A stretch of DNA of 64,000 nucleotides from Bacteroidota bacterium (GTDB lineage: Bacteria > Bacteroidota > Bacteroidia > Flavobacteriales > Flavobacteriaceae): NCBI GenBank assembly GCA_031431275.1, contig JANPDC010000156.1, positions 28,345-92,344 on the forward strand. Direction: 5' to 3'. Both the position numbers and the translations under genes were made by a program. Position 1 is the first letter of the stretch. Every line of letters starts with the position of its first letter. The notes under the pieces are model-generated. The model saw only the letters and a program-made list of their open reading frames with translations, was not told the origin of the DNA and did no database searches. Positions 9,999 to 19,172 of the stretch are shown piece after piece.

Positions 9999-11852
9999 TT
10001 ACTTTTCCAAAAATTTGTCCGTTAATATTAGACCTTCCTTGTTAGTTTCACTGTTTTTGATGTAGATTGCCAATTGATATTTACCACTTACTAATTTTGA
10101 AGTATCAAATGTTGAAGAAAAACCAGAATTGTCAGCGTTGAAATCACATTTAAAATAACTGGTAACATCTGGTCTGTTTACTTTTTGTGTTATTAATCTT
10201 TCTGCTTTACCGTCTTTGATAAATACAATTCCAATATTTGTTTTTTCCGAGCTTTGTTTATCAAAATAGGCCCATCCAGAAGTTTTTACTATATTATTTG
10301 AATTTTCATAATTTTCAATACTGTACAAGAATATATCTCCATTATTCTGCTTTAGATCTTTAAATTTTGTTATATCAATAGTTGTTGGGACGTCTTTTAA
10401 TAAAATATAATGCTTACCCCAAGCATCATAACCATCAAAATTGTTTTCTACATAGAAATTATTATTAACAAATTGTTGGGACGCTTCGGATAAAATAAAA
10501 GGTCTACCATGTGCGTCTATATACCAAAATGGCTTTATTTTTGACGGATCGGTCATCATTTCAGTAAAAATTGTCTCAAGTGATACCTTTTCTATTGTGT
10601 CGATTTTATTTTTTTTATTAACTAAAAAATAGTCAAACCAATATTTTAAACTAGTATAAACCGTTTCATTGTTTTTATTATTTTCGATTATAAAATTAGA
10701 GACTTCTCTAAATTGTGAATTGTGATAGGAACTGTAATAATTTCTAACGTATAAACTTGTAACAGTAAAAAAAATAATACAGAATAAAGCGATGTATTTT
10801 GAAAAATTTTCTCTTATATAATGAATACTAATTCCTAAAACTAATGGAAACATAACAGAAATACTACAAAAATATCTAGGTAATGCATATGATACTTCTC
10901 CATAAGACTTTAGCATTAAAAAAGAAAAGAAAAAGAAAAACCAAACAAACATAATCACGAAACTAAAAACTTGTTTGTTTTTAACAACATTTTCGTAACT
11001 AAATTCCATTTTTTCTTTTGATTTAAAAAGTTGAATGAAATAAAAGATTAATATTGGAATTATTATAAAAAAAGTCATGTCAGACTCTCCTATAAACGTT
11101 TTTAAAATTATTGTGAAACTATCAGACTTTGGAGCAGGAACCCAAAATGATTTTATTGATATTAAATTAATTAATTTTTGATAGTTTGGAAGAGCTAAAA
11201 GAAGAGCAAATATGCCCGATATCATGTAATTTTTAAAATCAATTAGTCTTCTTTTACTTGGCAACAAAAAAATATAAAATAAAATAATTAAAATTTGTGA
11301 GAGTACATTAATGAAACCAAAAAAATTTGTATTCAATAATAAACCAACAGACAATCCATAAATTAATGCATTTTTTCTATTGTTTTCTTTGATTAATTTC
11401 GCTAAACATAAAAAAGTTAAAATCACAGAAAAAATATAGAATGTGTAAGGTCTTGCGTCTTGAGAAATTGAAATGTTATATTCGTTAACAGATAGAATAA
11501 TTGCTGCAAACAAACCTGCATTTTTAGATATCAATTCTTTTCCTAATTTATAAATAGTAAATACACTTAAAACTCCAAATAGTGCTGAAAACCCTCTTGC
11601 TACAAAATCTGAATATCCAAAAATACTAAATAGTATTTTTAATGAAATGAAATATAAGTACGGAAATCCTTCAATTGCATTTACTTCAGAAATGACTTTT
11701 CCAAAAGATTGATTTGGATTAGAAACATTCATGGTGTAAATTTCATCTAACCATAAACTTTGAAAACATAAATGATAAAATCTCAAAAAGATAGCGGTTA
11801 TCATTATCATTATTAACCATTTATTCTTTTTTATTAAATCTATGTATTTCAT
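9999..11852 (-). CDS. GT-C fold polyprenyl-phosphate-sugar-dependent glycosyltransferase (ArnT/PMT, GT39/GT83-like) with a C-terminal soluble domain
   Basis: Multi-TM N-terminal ~400 aa with an acidic first-loop motif (SLWLDEIYT). The last ~200 aa are a beta-rich extracytoplasmic domain. Confidence 0.75.
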   Translation of the reverse strand: MKYIDLIKKNKWLIMIMITAIFLRFYHLCFQSLWLDEIYTMNVSNPNQSFGKVISEVNAIEGFPYLYFISLKILFSIFGYSDFVARGFSALFGVLSVFTIYKLGKELISKNAGLFAAIILSVNEYNISISQDARPYTFYIFSVILTFLCLAKLIKENNRKNALIYGLSVGLLLNTNFFGFINVLSQILIILFYIFLLPSKRRLIDFKNYMISGIFALLLALPNYQKLINLISIKSFWVPAPKSDSFTIILKTFIGESDMTFFIIIPILIFYFIQLFKSKEKMEFSYENVVKNKQVFSFVIMFVWFFFFFSFLMLKSYGEVSYALPRYFCSISVMFPLVLGISIHYIRENFSKYIALFCIIFFTVTSLYVRNYYSSYHNSQFREVSNFIIENNKNNETVYTSLKYWFDYFLVNKKNKIDTIEKVSLETIFTEMMTDPSKIKPFWYIDAHGRPFILSEASQQFVNNNFYVENNFDGYDAWGKHYILLKDVPTTIDITKFKDLKQNNGDIFLYSIENYENSNNIVKTSGWAYFDKQSSEKTNIGIVFIKDGKAERLITQKVNRPDVTSYFKCDFNADNSGFSSTFDTSKLVSGKYQLAIYIKNSETNKEGLILTDKFLEK

Positions 11853-11884
11853 TTTATTACTTTTTATTACTTTTTATTTTTTTG

Positions 11885-11892
11885 CAAATTTA
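11885..11892 (-). promoter_or_regulatory. Possible Bacteroidota -7 promoter box (TAAATTTG) for the ArnT-like gene
   Basis: Plus-strand caaattta is the reverse complement of TAnnTTTG. It lies 33 nt upstream of the ATG, inside a 198-bp intergenic gap. Confidence 0.3.
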
Positions 11893-12050
11893 TAAAATTA
11901 TATTTAACAGTGAAGGCAATGTTTTTATTGACCTTGAAACTTACTGTTTTAGTTATTTATTAAATCCGAAAGATTTAGTTTAGGTATAGTAAATCTTTAT
12001 TTTTTTACTTTTTTTCTAAAATTTAACAATAACTTTAATTCCTGTGAAAT

Positions 12051-13172
12051 CTAACTTAAAAATCCTTCAATAACTAAATTACTTTCCAACTCAAAAAACA
12101 ATGGCAAACGCAACAAACAATCTGTAAATCGATCTGTTTCTGGTAAATTTCTACCATCATGTTTATCTTTAAAATATGGGCTTGAATGTAGACTTATGTA
12201 ATGAAAAACAGGATGAATATCTTTGGTTTTTAAAGCGTTTATGATTTTGGTTCGTTGTTCTATGGATTCACAAGTTAAATAAAACATGTGTCCATTATTT
12301 GTAGCATAGTTTGGAACTGACGGCAACTTGACATTATTTGAAATTGCCCAATCACGAAGTTTCAAATTATAGCTATCCCAAATAGCTTTTCTTTTCTTTT
12401 GAATTTGCTCAAGATTCTCGAGTTGAGCCCACAAAAATGCAGCAACAATTTCTGATGGCAAGAACGAACTTCCAATATCAACCCAACCGTATTTATCAAC
12501 TTCACCACGAAAAAAAGCAGATCGATTCGTCCCTTTTTCCCATATTACCTCCGCTCTATCACAAAATTGTTTATCATTTATCGCCAACATACCTCCTTCT
12601 CCAGAAATAATATTTTTAGTTTCATGAAATGAAAATGCTGCTAAATGTCCGATCGAACCTAATGCTTTTTTTACACCCTCTTTTCCAGTGTAAAAACTAT
12701 CTATTGCTTGTGCAGCATCTTCGACTACAAACAAATTATGTCGTTTTGCTATGTCCATAATCACGTCCATATTACACGCAACTCCAGCATAATGCACGGG
12801 AACAATTGCCTTAGTTTTTGAAGTAACCAAAGATTCTATTCGATTCTCATCAATGTTTGGATGATCTTTTCTTGAATCAGCAAAAACAATTTTCGCACCA
12901 CGCAAAACAAATGCATTTGAGGTAGAAACAAAAGTGTAACTTGGCATAATTACCTCATCACCAGGTTGAATATTAATTAAAATTGCTGCCATTTCGAGAG
13001 CATCTGTACAAGATGTCGTTAGCAAACATTTCTGAAAACCATAGTTTTCTTCAAAGAAAGTTTGGCATTTTTTGGTATAAATTCCATTACCAGAAATTTT
13101 ACCTGATTTTACAGCTTCTTCAATATATTTTGTTTCGTTTCCTGAAAGGTAGGGTTTATTAAATGGAATCAT
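12051..13172 (-). CDS. wecE: dTDP-4-amino-4,6-dideoxy-hexose (Fuc4N-type) aminotransferase, WecE/RffA-like (DegT/DnrJ/EryC1 family)
   Basis: Long collinear matches to E. coli WecE as I remember it: MIPFN.P, GDEVIMPSYTFVSTSNAFVLRGAKIVF, VPVHYAGVAC.MD, HNLFVVEDAAQ, FSFHETKN, EKGTNRS.FFRG.VDKY.W.DIGSS. Confidence 0.88.
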   Translation of the reverse strand: MIPFNKPYLSGNETKYIEEAVKSGKISGNGIYTKKCQTFFEENYGFQKCLLTTSCTDALEMAAILINIQPGDEVIMPSYTFVSTSNAFVLRGAKIVFADSRKDHPNIDENRIESLVTSKTKAIVPVHYAGVACNMDVIMDIAKRHNLFVVEDAAQAIDSFYTGKEGVKKALGSIGHLAAFSFHETKNIISGEGGMLAINDKQFCDRAEVIWEKGTNRSAFFRGEVDKYGWVDIGSSFLPSEIVAAFLWAQLENLEQIQKKRKAIWDSYNLKLRDWAISNNVKLPSVPNYATNNGHMFYLTCESIEQRTKIINALKTKDIHPVFHYISLHSSPYFKDKHDGRNLPETDRFTDCLLRLPLFFELESNLVIEGFLS

Positions 13173-13173
13173 A

Positions 13174-13806
13174 TTATCTTATAAATTTTGCTGGATTACC
13201 GACGTAAAGTCCTTTTTTTACTATGTTTTTAATAATAACTGCGCCCCCACCAATCTGTGTATGTTCGCAGATGGAAATATTATCAATAATTGTCGAATTT
13301 ATCCCTATGATACATTGCTCATTTATATTTACAAATCCAGCAATTGCAACGCATGGTGACAAAAAACAATGTTTACCCACAGTTGTATCGTGAGCAATCG
13401 TTGTTGCAATATTCAAAATTGTATTTTCTTGAATAACAACATTTGCATCTAATGAACATCTTGGATAAATAACACAACCATAATTAACTCTTGCAGTTGA
13501 GTCAAGCCAAGATGTTGAGTGAACTATTTTTCCAAATGGAATTAAATCACAATATTTATTGAATATTTCTTTTCTAACTTTCAAATGCTTATATCCAATT
13601 CCAATAATTATTTCGTCAAAAAGTTTTTGCTTAAAAAGTATTTCGATATCTTCCGTTTTTCCAATAACTTTATACCCTAAAATAATTTTTTCTGTAATAA
13701 AATCATCTATAAAAACTACATCTTTATAATGATTGTCAGTTATAGCATAATGTGCTATTTGCTGTCCTAAATCACCTGCACCAACAATCGCAAGTATTTT
13801 ATTCAT
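13174..13806 (-). CDS. NeuD/PglD-family sugar N-acyltransferase
   Basis: N-terminal Rossmann-like ILAIVGAGDLGQQIA followed by a C-terminal hexapeptide beta-helix. Confidence 0.8.
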   Translation of the reverse strand: MNKILAIVGAGDLGQQIAHYAITDNHYKDVVFIDDFITEKIILGYKVIGKTEDIEILFKQKLFDEIIIGIGYKHLKVRKEIFNKYCDLIPFGKIVHSTSWLDSTARVNYGCVIYPRCSLDANVVIQENTILNIATTIAHDTTVGKHCFLSPCVAIAGFVNINEQCIIGINSTIIDNISICEHTQIGGGAVIIKNIVKKGLYVGNPAKFIR

Positions 13807-14725
13807 ATATTTTCTTAATTATTGCGTTAGGTCTTCCTTGAACTTGTCTAAAAATTTTATATATGTAGATTCCTATGATTCCTAAAAATGTAGAAATTAC
13901 CCCTAAAATTAAAACATTTATTGCAATAATCGATGTCCAACCAAGTTCCACTTCATCTTGTTGAACAATTTTCCTAATGCCTAAATAAACAATAAACAAA
14001 ATACTTGTAAAAGAAATAATTAACCCAAAATAAAATAGCCATTCCAAAGGTTTTCCTGAAAATGAAGTTATTGCCTGAAGCATTAATTCGGCTCTTCTTT
14101 TCATTGAATAGGTTCCCGAACCTTCACGTTGTCCTTTTTTAACGGCAACTCCTTTTTGGTTAAAACCAACCCAATACATCATTCCACCAAGAAACAAGTT
14201 TGCATCTTGCATTTTTAATAATGCATCGACATATTGTTTGGTCATTAATCGCTCTGTAAGAATATTGTGTGGTATTTTTGTATCTGATAATTTATTTATC
14301 AAAACCCAAAAGATACTTCCTGAATATTTTTCAATAAAGTTTCCTTTTCTAACTTCTTGATATCCATAAACAACATCTATTTCACTATCTTTTTTTATTT
14401 CTTTGTAAAACTCAACTAAAATACTTGGAGGAGTTTCTAAATCATTGTCAATCAGAAAAATATAATCCCCAGTAGCATAATTCAACCCCGCTTGAATGGC
14501 GTAGTGATGCCCAAAATTTCTTGATAAATCTATAATTGAGATTTCTGGTATAATTTTCTTTTTATCAATTAGAAACTGCAAAGAATCGTCAGGAGAGCCA
14601 TCGTTTACAAAAACAAGTTCATAATTTGTACATTCAATAGCATTTAACGCTTCTTGAATTTCAAAAACAAATTGCTCAAGAAATATTTTAGATCGATAAA
14701 GTGTTGTTACAACCGCTATTTTCAT
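13799..14725 (-). CDS. GT2 polyprenyl-phosphate glycosyltransferase (ArnC/GtrB/DPM1-like)
   Basis: GT-A head (VVTTLYRS...FVNDGSPDDS, LIDNDLE) plus two C-terminal TM helices (WLFYFGLIISFTSILFIVYLGI; IIAINVLILGVISTFLGIIGIYIY), as in ArnC/GtrB. Confidence 0.8.
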   Translation of the reverse strand: MKIAVVTTLYRSKIFLEQFVFEIQEALNAIECTNYELVFVNDGSPDDSLQFLIDKKKIIPEISIIDLSRNFGHHYAIQAGLNYATGDYIFLIDNDLETPPSILVEFYKEIKKDSEIDVVYGYQEVRKGNFIEKYSGSIFWVLINKLSDTKIPHNILTERLMTKQYVDALLKMQDANLFLGGMMYWVGFNQKGVAVKKGQREGSGTYSMKRRAELMLQAITSFSGKPLEWLFYFGLIISFTSILFIVYLGIRKIVQQDEVELGWTSIIAINVLILGVISTFLGIIGIYIYKIFRQVQGRPNAIIKKIYE

Positions 14726-15831
14726 ACTAATTGAATCTTTTTTGATGCTTTATAAATCAAATATCCTGATCTATCATTACTATTTGTAATTTTTTTAAAT
14801 GCTAAATTTTGAATTTCTTTTTCAATTTCAAAATCATTATACTTTTCAAAGTAAGGCAATAAATTTTTAGTTTCTTCACAAAGAAAATAAACTCCAGAAA
14901 AACTATTGTATTTAATAGTTGGAACTTCAAATTGATTTAAAGCAATATCGATTACTGCTTTGACAAAATCATATCCTGTTGACAATTCTACTAAATGAGA
15001 TCCAATAAAATCACCACCCATTCTTGCGCCTACTTCAATAACAAAAACTTCACCTAAATCATTTATCTTAAATTCTGAATGGCTTGCTCCAAACTGAATT
15101 TGAATAGCATTTAATGCTAAAATTGTTTGCTCTTTTATTTTATTCTGAATTTCAAGAGGTAAATTACTTGGCTGATGATGTGCTAATTCGACAAAATTTG
15201 GGCTTCCAGTGGTTGTTTTATCAGTAATTGCTAAAATATAATGTTTACCATTCCAAGAAATACTTTCGACACTAACCTCTTGACCTTCGATGAATTCCTC
15301 TACGATTGCTTTTTTAGTAAATGATTCTTCAATGGCATTTTTAACCGCATCTTCTAAATTTGATTTTATTTCTACTTTATTTACTCCACGACTTCCAGAG
15401 CGATCAACTGGTTTAACAATTACTGGAAAATTAAAACTATCTAGATTTATTTTATCGTGTCCAGAAATAACAAACTTAATACTATTACAATTATTCTCTA
15501 AAAATGCTTGACGCATTAATCCTTTGTCCGTTGCAATTAATGCTGTTTTAGAACTATTTGAAATTAAATTCATTTTTTCAGCAACATAACAAATTGTTGG
15601 TACTGCCATATCTGTAGCAATTGTAGTGATACCATCAATTCCAATTGCTAAACATTTTTCTAAAATTTCTTCTTTTTCTAAAATCGAAATAGGATAAAAA
15701 AAATCAGCAACATTTTTGCATACCGCGCCTTCTGACCAAGCAAAACAATGAGTCTCTATTCCCATTGTTTTAGCCTTCTCAACTAAAGCTAATTGTAAAT
15801 AACTGGCTCCAATAATGGCTAATTTTTTCAA
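14722..15831 (-). CDS. ATP-grasp domain enzyme (carboxylate-amine ligase type)
   Basis: VIVKPVDRSGSRGV, EEFIEGQEVSVE and VIEVGARMGGDFIG. 4-nt overlap with the downstream GT2 gene. Confidence 0.8.
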   Translation of the reverse strand: MKKLAIIGASYLQLALVEKAKTMGIETHCFAWSEGAVCKNVADFFYPISILEKEEILEKCLAIGIDGITTIATDMAVPTICYVAEKMNLISNSSKTALIATDKGLMRQAFLENNCNSIKFVISGHDKINLDSFNFPVIVKPVDRSGSRGVNKVEIKSNLEDAVKNAIEESFTKKAIVEEFIEGQEVSVESISWNGKHYILAITDKTTTGSPNFVELAHHQPSNLPLEIQNKIKEQTILALNAIQIQFGASHSEFKINDLGEVFVIEVGARMGGDFIGSHLVELSTGYDFVKAVIDIALNQFEVPTIKYNSFSGVYFLCEETKNLLPYFEKYNDFEIEKEIQNLAFKKITNSNDRSGYLIYKASKKIQLV

Positions 15832-15840
15832 TGTTGTTTT

Positions 15841-16731
15841 TTATATTTTTATATTTTCAATACTTTCTTCCCATGATTTTAGTACTATTCCAAAAGTATC
15901 TATAATTTTCGATTTATCTAAAACACTATATTTTGGTCTTTCGGCTGGTGTTGGATAACTTGTTGTTGGAATCGGTTTTAAATCTATATTAATTTTATGT
16001 ATTTCAAATATTTTTTTTGCAAAATCAAACCAAGAACATTGTCCTAGATTGGAGAAATTGTAAATTCCAAAAAGCCCAATAACCCCCGAAGGTGGAACAG
16101 AACAATAAAATAAAATTATTTTAAGTATGACTTTTGCTAAATCAACTGCGTTAGTTGGTGTTCCAATTTGGTCATTTACAACCGATAAAGTTTCTCTTTC
16201 TGAACCCAACCTCAACATGGTTTTTAAAAAATTATTTCCAAATTGGGAATAAACCCATGATGTTCTGATAATTATATGTTTTTTTAAAATGGCTTGAATT
16301 GCTTTTTCACCATCGAGTTTGGTTTGTCCATAAACACTTTTTGGATTGGTAATATCCGTTTCAGAATAACCTTTCGACTGCGCTAGGGTTGACAATAAAT
16401 CATAATTTCCATCAAAAATAAAGTCTGTTGAAATATGAATTAATGTTGTATCGAATTCTTTGCAAACTTCTGCAAGGTTTTTTGCTCCAGTTACATTTAT
16501 TGCAAATGCTTTTTCTGGTTCGGATTCTGCTTTGTCAACTGCTGTATATGCTGCTGTATTGATGCAAAAATTTGGTTCATATTCATCAAAAAAGTGTTTT
16601 ACATTTTTTTGATTTGTAATGTCGAGAGTTGAAGAATCACAAAATTTAAAATCAATATCAGGATAATTTCCAGCAATATACTGCAAACTTTGTCCTAATT
16701 GACCATTGGCTCCTGTAACTAAAACTACCAT
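15841..16731 (-). CDS. rfbD: dTDP-4-dehydrorhamnose reductase
   Basis: VLVTGANGQLG, YGQTKLDGE and TSWVYS motifs. Confidence 0.9.
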   Translation of the reverse strand: MVVLVTGANGQLGQSLQYIAGNYPDIDFKFCDSSTLDITNQKNVKHFFDEYEPNFCINTAAYTAVDKAESEPEKAFAINVTGAKNLAEVCKEFDTTLIHISTDFIFDGNYDLLSTLAQSKGYSETDITNPKSVYGQTKLDGEKAIQAILKKHIIIRTSWVYSQFGNNFLKTMLRLGSERETLSVVNDQIGTPTNAVDLAKVILKIILFYCSVPPSGVIGLFGIYNFSNLGQCSWFDFAKKIFEIHKINIDLKPIPTTSYPTPAERPKYSVLDKSKIIDTFGIVLKSWEESIENIKI

Positions 16732-17288
16732 ACTTTCTTAGAGTTTTCTATATTTGGTTGAACCAAATCTTTTTCGGAAATCAATAAATCATTTGTTGGA
16801 AATTTCCAATCGATATTTATTGTTTTATCATTATAAATCAATCCACCCTCTGATTCTTTATTGTAAAAATTATCGCATTTGTAGAAAAAAGTTGCTGTTT
16901 CTGATAAAACCAAAAAACCGTGAGCAAAACCTCGTGGTACAAAAAATTGTGTTTGATTTTCAGCAGAAAGCATAATAGCTTCGTATTGACCAAAAGTTTC
17001 AGAATCTGGACGAATATCAACTGCAACATCTAAAACCTCACCTTGTAAAACGCGAACTAATTTTGCTTGGGCATGAATTCCTGTTTGATAATGCAAACCT
17101 CGCAAAACGCCTTTTGATGAAAAAGATTGATTGTCTTGAACAAAATGAACTTCTTGTTCAACACCCTTTTGAAAAGTTTTTTCATTGAAACTTTCCATAA
17201 AATAGCCTCTATCATCTTTAATGATTTTAGGTTCAATAACGAAACAACCTGCAAGTTTTGTTGGTATAAAATTCATATCTGTTGGCAA
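16725..17288 (-). CDS. rfbC: dTDP-4-dehydrorhamnose 3,5-epimerase
   Basis: DDRGYF.E, RGLHYQ and PRGFAHGF motifs. The likely true start is the internal MNFIPTK. Confidence 0.92.
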   Translation of the reverse strand: MPTDMNFIPTKLAGCFVIEPKIIKDDRGYFMESFNEKTFQKGVEQEVHFVQDNQSFSSKGVLRGLHYQTGIHAQAKLVRVLQGEVLDVAVDIRPDSETFGQYEAIMLSAENQTQFFVPRGFAHGFLVLSETATFFYKCDNFYNKESEGGLIYNDKTINIDWKFPTNDLLISEKDLVQPNIENSKKVW

Positions 17289-17297
17289 AGTGTTTCG

Positions 17298-18161
17298 TTA
17301 TTCATTAGCAACATCAAGCAATTGTGTGCCATAACCACTTTTTAAAAGCGGTTCTGCTAATGCTTTTAATTGTGTTTTGTCTATAAATCCCATTCTAAAA
17401 GCGGCTTCTTCAATTGAACCGATTTTTAATCCTTGTCGTTCTTCTATGACTTGAACAAATTGTGACGCTTGCATTAATGAGTTGAAAGTTCCAGTGTCAA
17501 ACCAAGCGGTTCCTCGATCAAGAATACTGACTTTTAATTTTCCTCGACGCAAATATTCTTTATTAACATCTGTAATTTCTATTTCGCCTCTATGGCTTGG
17601 TTTTATATTTTCAGCGATTTCAACAACATCATTGTCATAAAAATAAATTCCAGGAACTGCAAAGTTCGATTTTGGATTCTCAGGTTTTTCTTCAATTGAT
17701 AAAACTTTTCCATGTTTATCAAAATCTACCACGCCATAACGCTCTGGATCATGAACATGGTAGGCATAAATTATTCCTCCATCTGGGTCATTGTTGGCTT
17801 GTAACAAATCTGCTAAACCTGTTCCGTAAAAAATGTTATCTCCTAAAACTAGAGCAACTTTATCTTTTCCGATAAACTTTTTTCCGATTATAAATGCTTC
17901 AGCAAGACCGTTTGGATGTTCTTGAACTTCATATTCAAATCTGCAACCATACTTTTTTCCATCGCCAAGTAAAGTTCTGAAAAGTGGTAAATCATGTGGC
18001 GTTGAAATGATTAATATTTCATTAATTCCAGACCAAATTAACGTTGATAATGGATAATATATCATCGGTTTATCATAAATTGGCATAAGTTGTTTACTCA
18101 CAGCAATTGTCAACGGATGCAATCTTGTTCCTGAACCACCTGCTAATATTATTCCTTTCAT
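17298..18161 (-). CDS. rfbA: Glucose-1-phosphate thymidylyltransferase
   Basis: [17 protein letters not shown]...[18 protein letters not shown]. Confidence 0.95.
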   Translation of the reverse strand: MKGIILAGGSGTRLHPLTIAVSKQLMPIYDKPMIYYPLSTLIWSGINEILIISTPHDLPLFRTLLGDGKKYGCRFEYEVQEHPNGLAEAFIIGKKFIGKDKVALVLGDNIFYGTGLADLLQANNDPDGGIIYAYHVHDPERYGVVDFDKHGKVLSIEEKPENPKSNFAVPGIYFYDNDVVEIAENIKPSHRGEIEITDVNKEYLRRGKLKVSILDRGTAWFDTGTFNSLMQASQFVQVIEERQGLKIGSIEEAAFRMGFIDKTQLKALAEPLLKSGYGTQLLDVANE

Positions 18162-18163
18162 GA

Positions 18164-19168
18164 TTATTGATTTAATAATTTTGCTGCTTGTTTTCTATAA
18201 AAAGCCATAAATAAACCATAACAAACAAATAAGAAACAAAAAAGTATTGGTAAAACAAATTTCATTTTATTATTTGTTCCTTTATCGTTTTTTATATTGA
18301 GAGTTTTACTAATGTCTTTAATTATTTTGCTTAAATTTACTAAATCTATTTTTTGACTACCCATTTCTGTTATCAATCTGTCTTTTGTAGATATAATTTC
18401 GTTTAATTGGGTATTCTCATTGTAATAAACTAATTTATCACTTTTTTGATTGTTAGAGGTTGAATTCGAAAACTGATTTAACAAAGCGTTAATTTGTGAA
18501 ACAATTCCAATGTTTTCTTGCATTTTTACACTAATGTTGTTTACTTGAACTTTTCTAACATCTTGGAAATATTGATTTTGCTCTAAATAATTCAAAATTG
18601 GTTGAATGGTTTCTGTATCTGAAACTTTTTTAGTTGATGTTAAATGAATTGAATGATGAGCATAGTTTTTACTAGTTAATTTGTCCTTGATAACTTTTTT
18701 GATATCGCCATCTTCTGCAAATAATTTCACTAATTCAAAATTTTGTGTGTTAGTTGCGTTGGCAGCACTAGTTGAATTATTTACAAAACTATAAATATCT
18801 ACAATTGGTTCTATTTCAATTACTGCAATGTCATCTGGATTTTTGATTCCGATTGATTTCAAAAAAACAGTGTCTCCATTTTTTACTTTTGATTGCAAAA
18901 GATCGATTTTTGAATACAAATAATCTGTTGTTCCAAAATTTGGTGCAACAATAACTTCTGAATCATACGAATTTGAGTTGATATCTAAAAAATATCCTAA
19001 AACTGCACCAAGAACAAATAAAATTCCAAATTTTACAATATTCTTTTTTACAAAAAGTATACATTTAAAGATATACATAGAAATTCCCTCGAAAAAACTA
19101 CCTATTTTCTTGGTCAATAATGACAAATCAATTTCTTGATCTTGATTGTTTGGTGTGTTTGCACTCAT
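18164..19168 (-). CDS. Wzz-like polysaccharide chain-length determinant
   Basis: N- and C-terminal TM helices bracket a ~250-aa helical region. Sits at the upstream end of the rfb operon. Confidence 0.6.
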   Translation of the reverse strand: MSANTPNNQDQEIDLSLLTKKIGSFFEGISMYIFKCILFVKKNIVKFGILFVLGAVLGYFLDINSNSYDSEVIVAPNFGTTDYLYSKIDLLQSKVKNGDTVFLKSIGIKNPDDIAVIEIEPIVDIYSFVNNSTSAANATNTQNFELVKLFAEDGDIKKVIKDKLTSKNYAHHSIHLTSTKKVSDTETIQPILNYLEQNQYFQDVRKVQVNNISVKMQENIGIVSQINALLNQFSNSTSNNQKSDKLVYYNENTQLNEIISTKDRLITEMGSQKIDLVNLSKIIKDISKTLNIKNDKGTNNKMKFVLPILFCFLFVCYGLFMAFYRKQAAKLLNQ

Positions 19169-19172
19169 TTTT

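Noticed and set aside
11853-11882. Short tandem ttattacttt x2.5 directly upstream of the ArnT-like gene start
   Set aside because: There are only about 2.5 imperfect copies in an A/T-rich leader, which is too weak to call a variable repeat.
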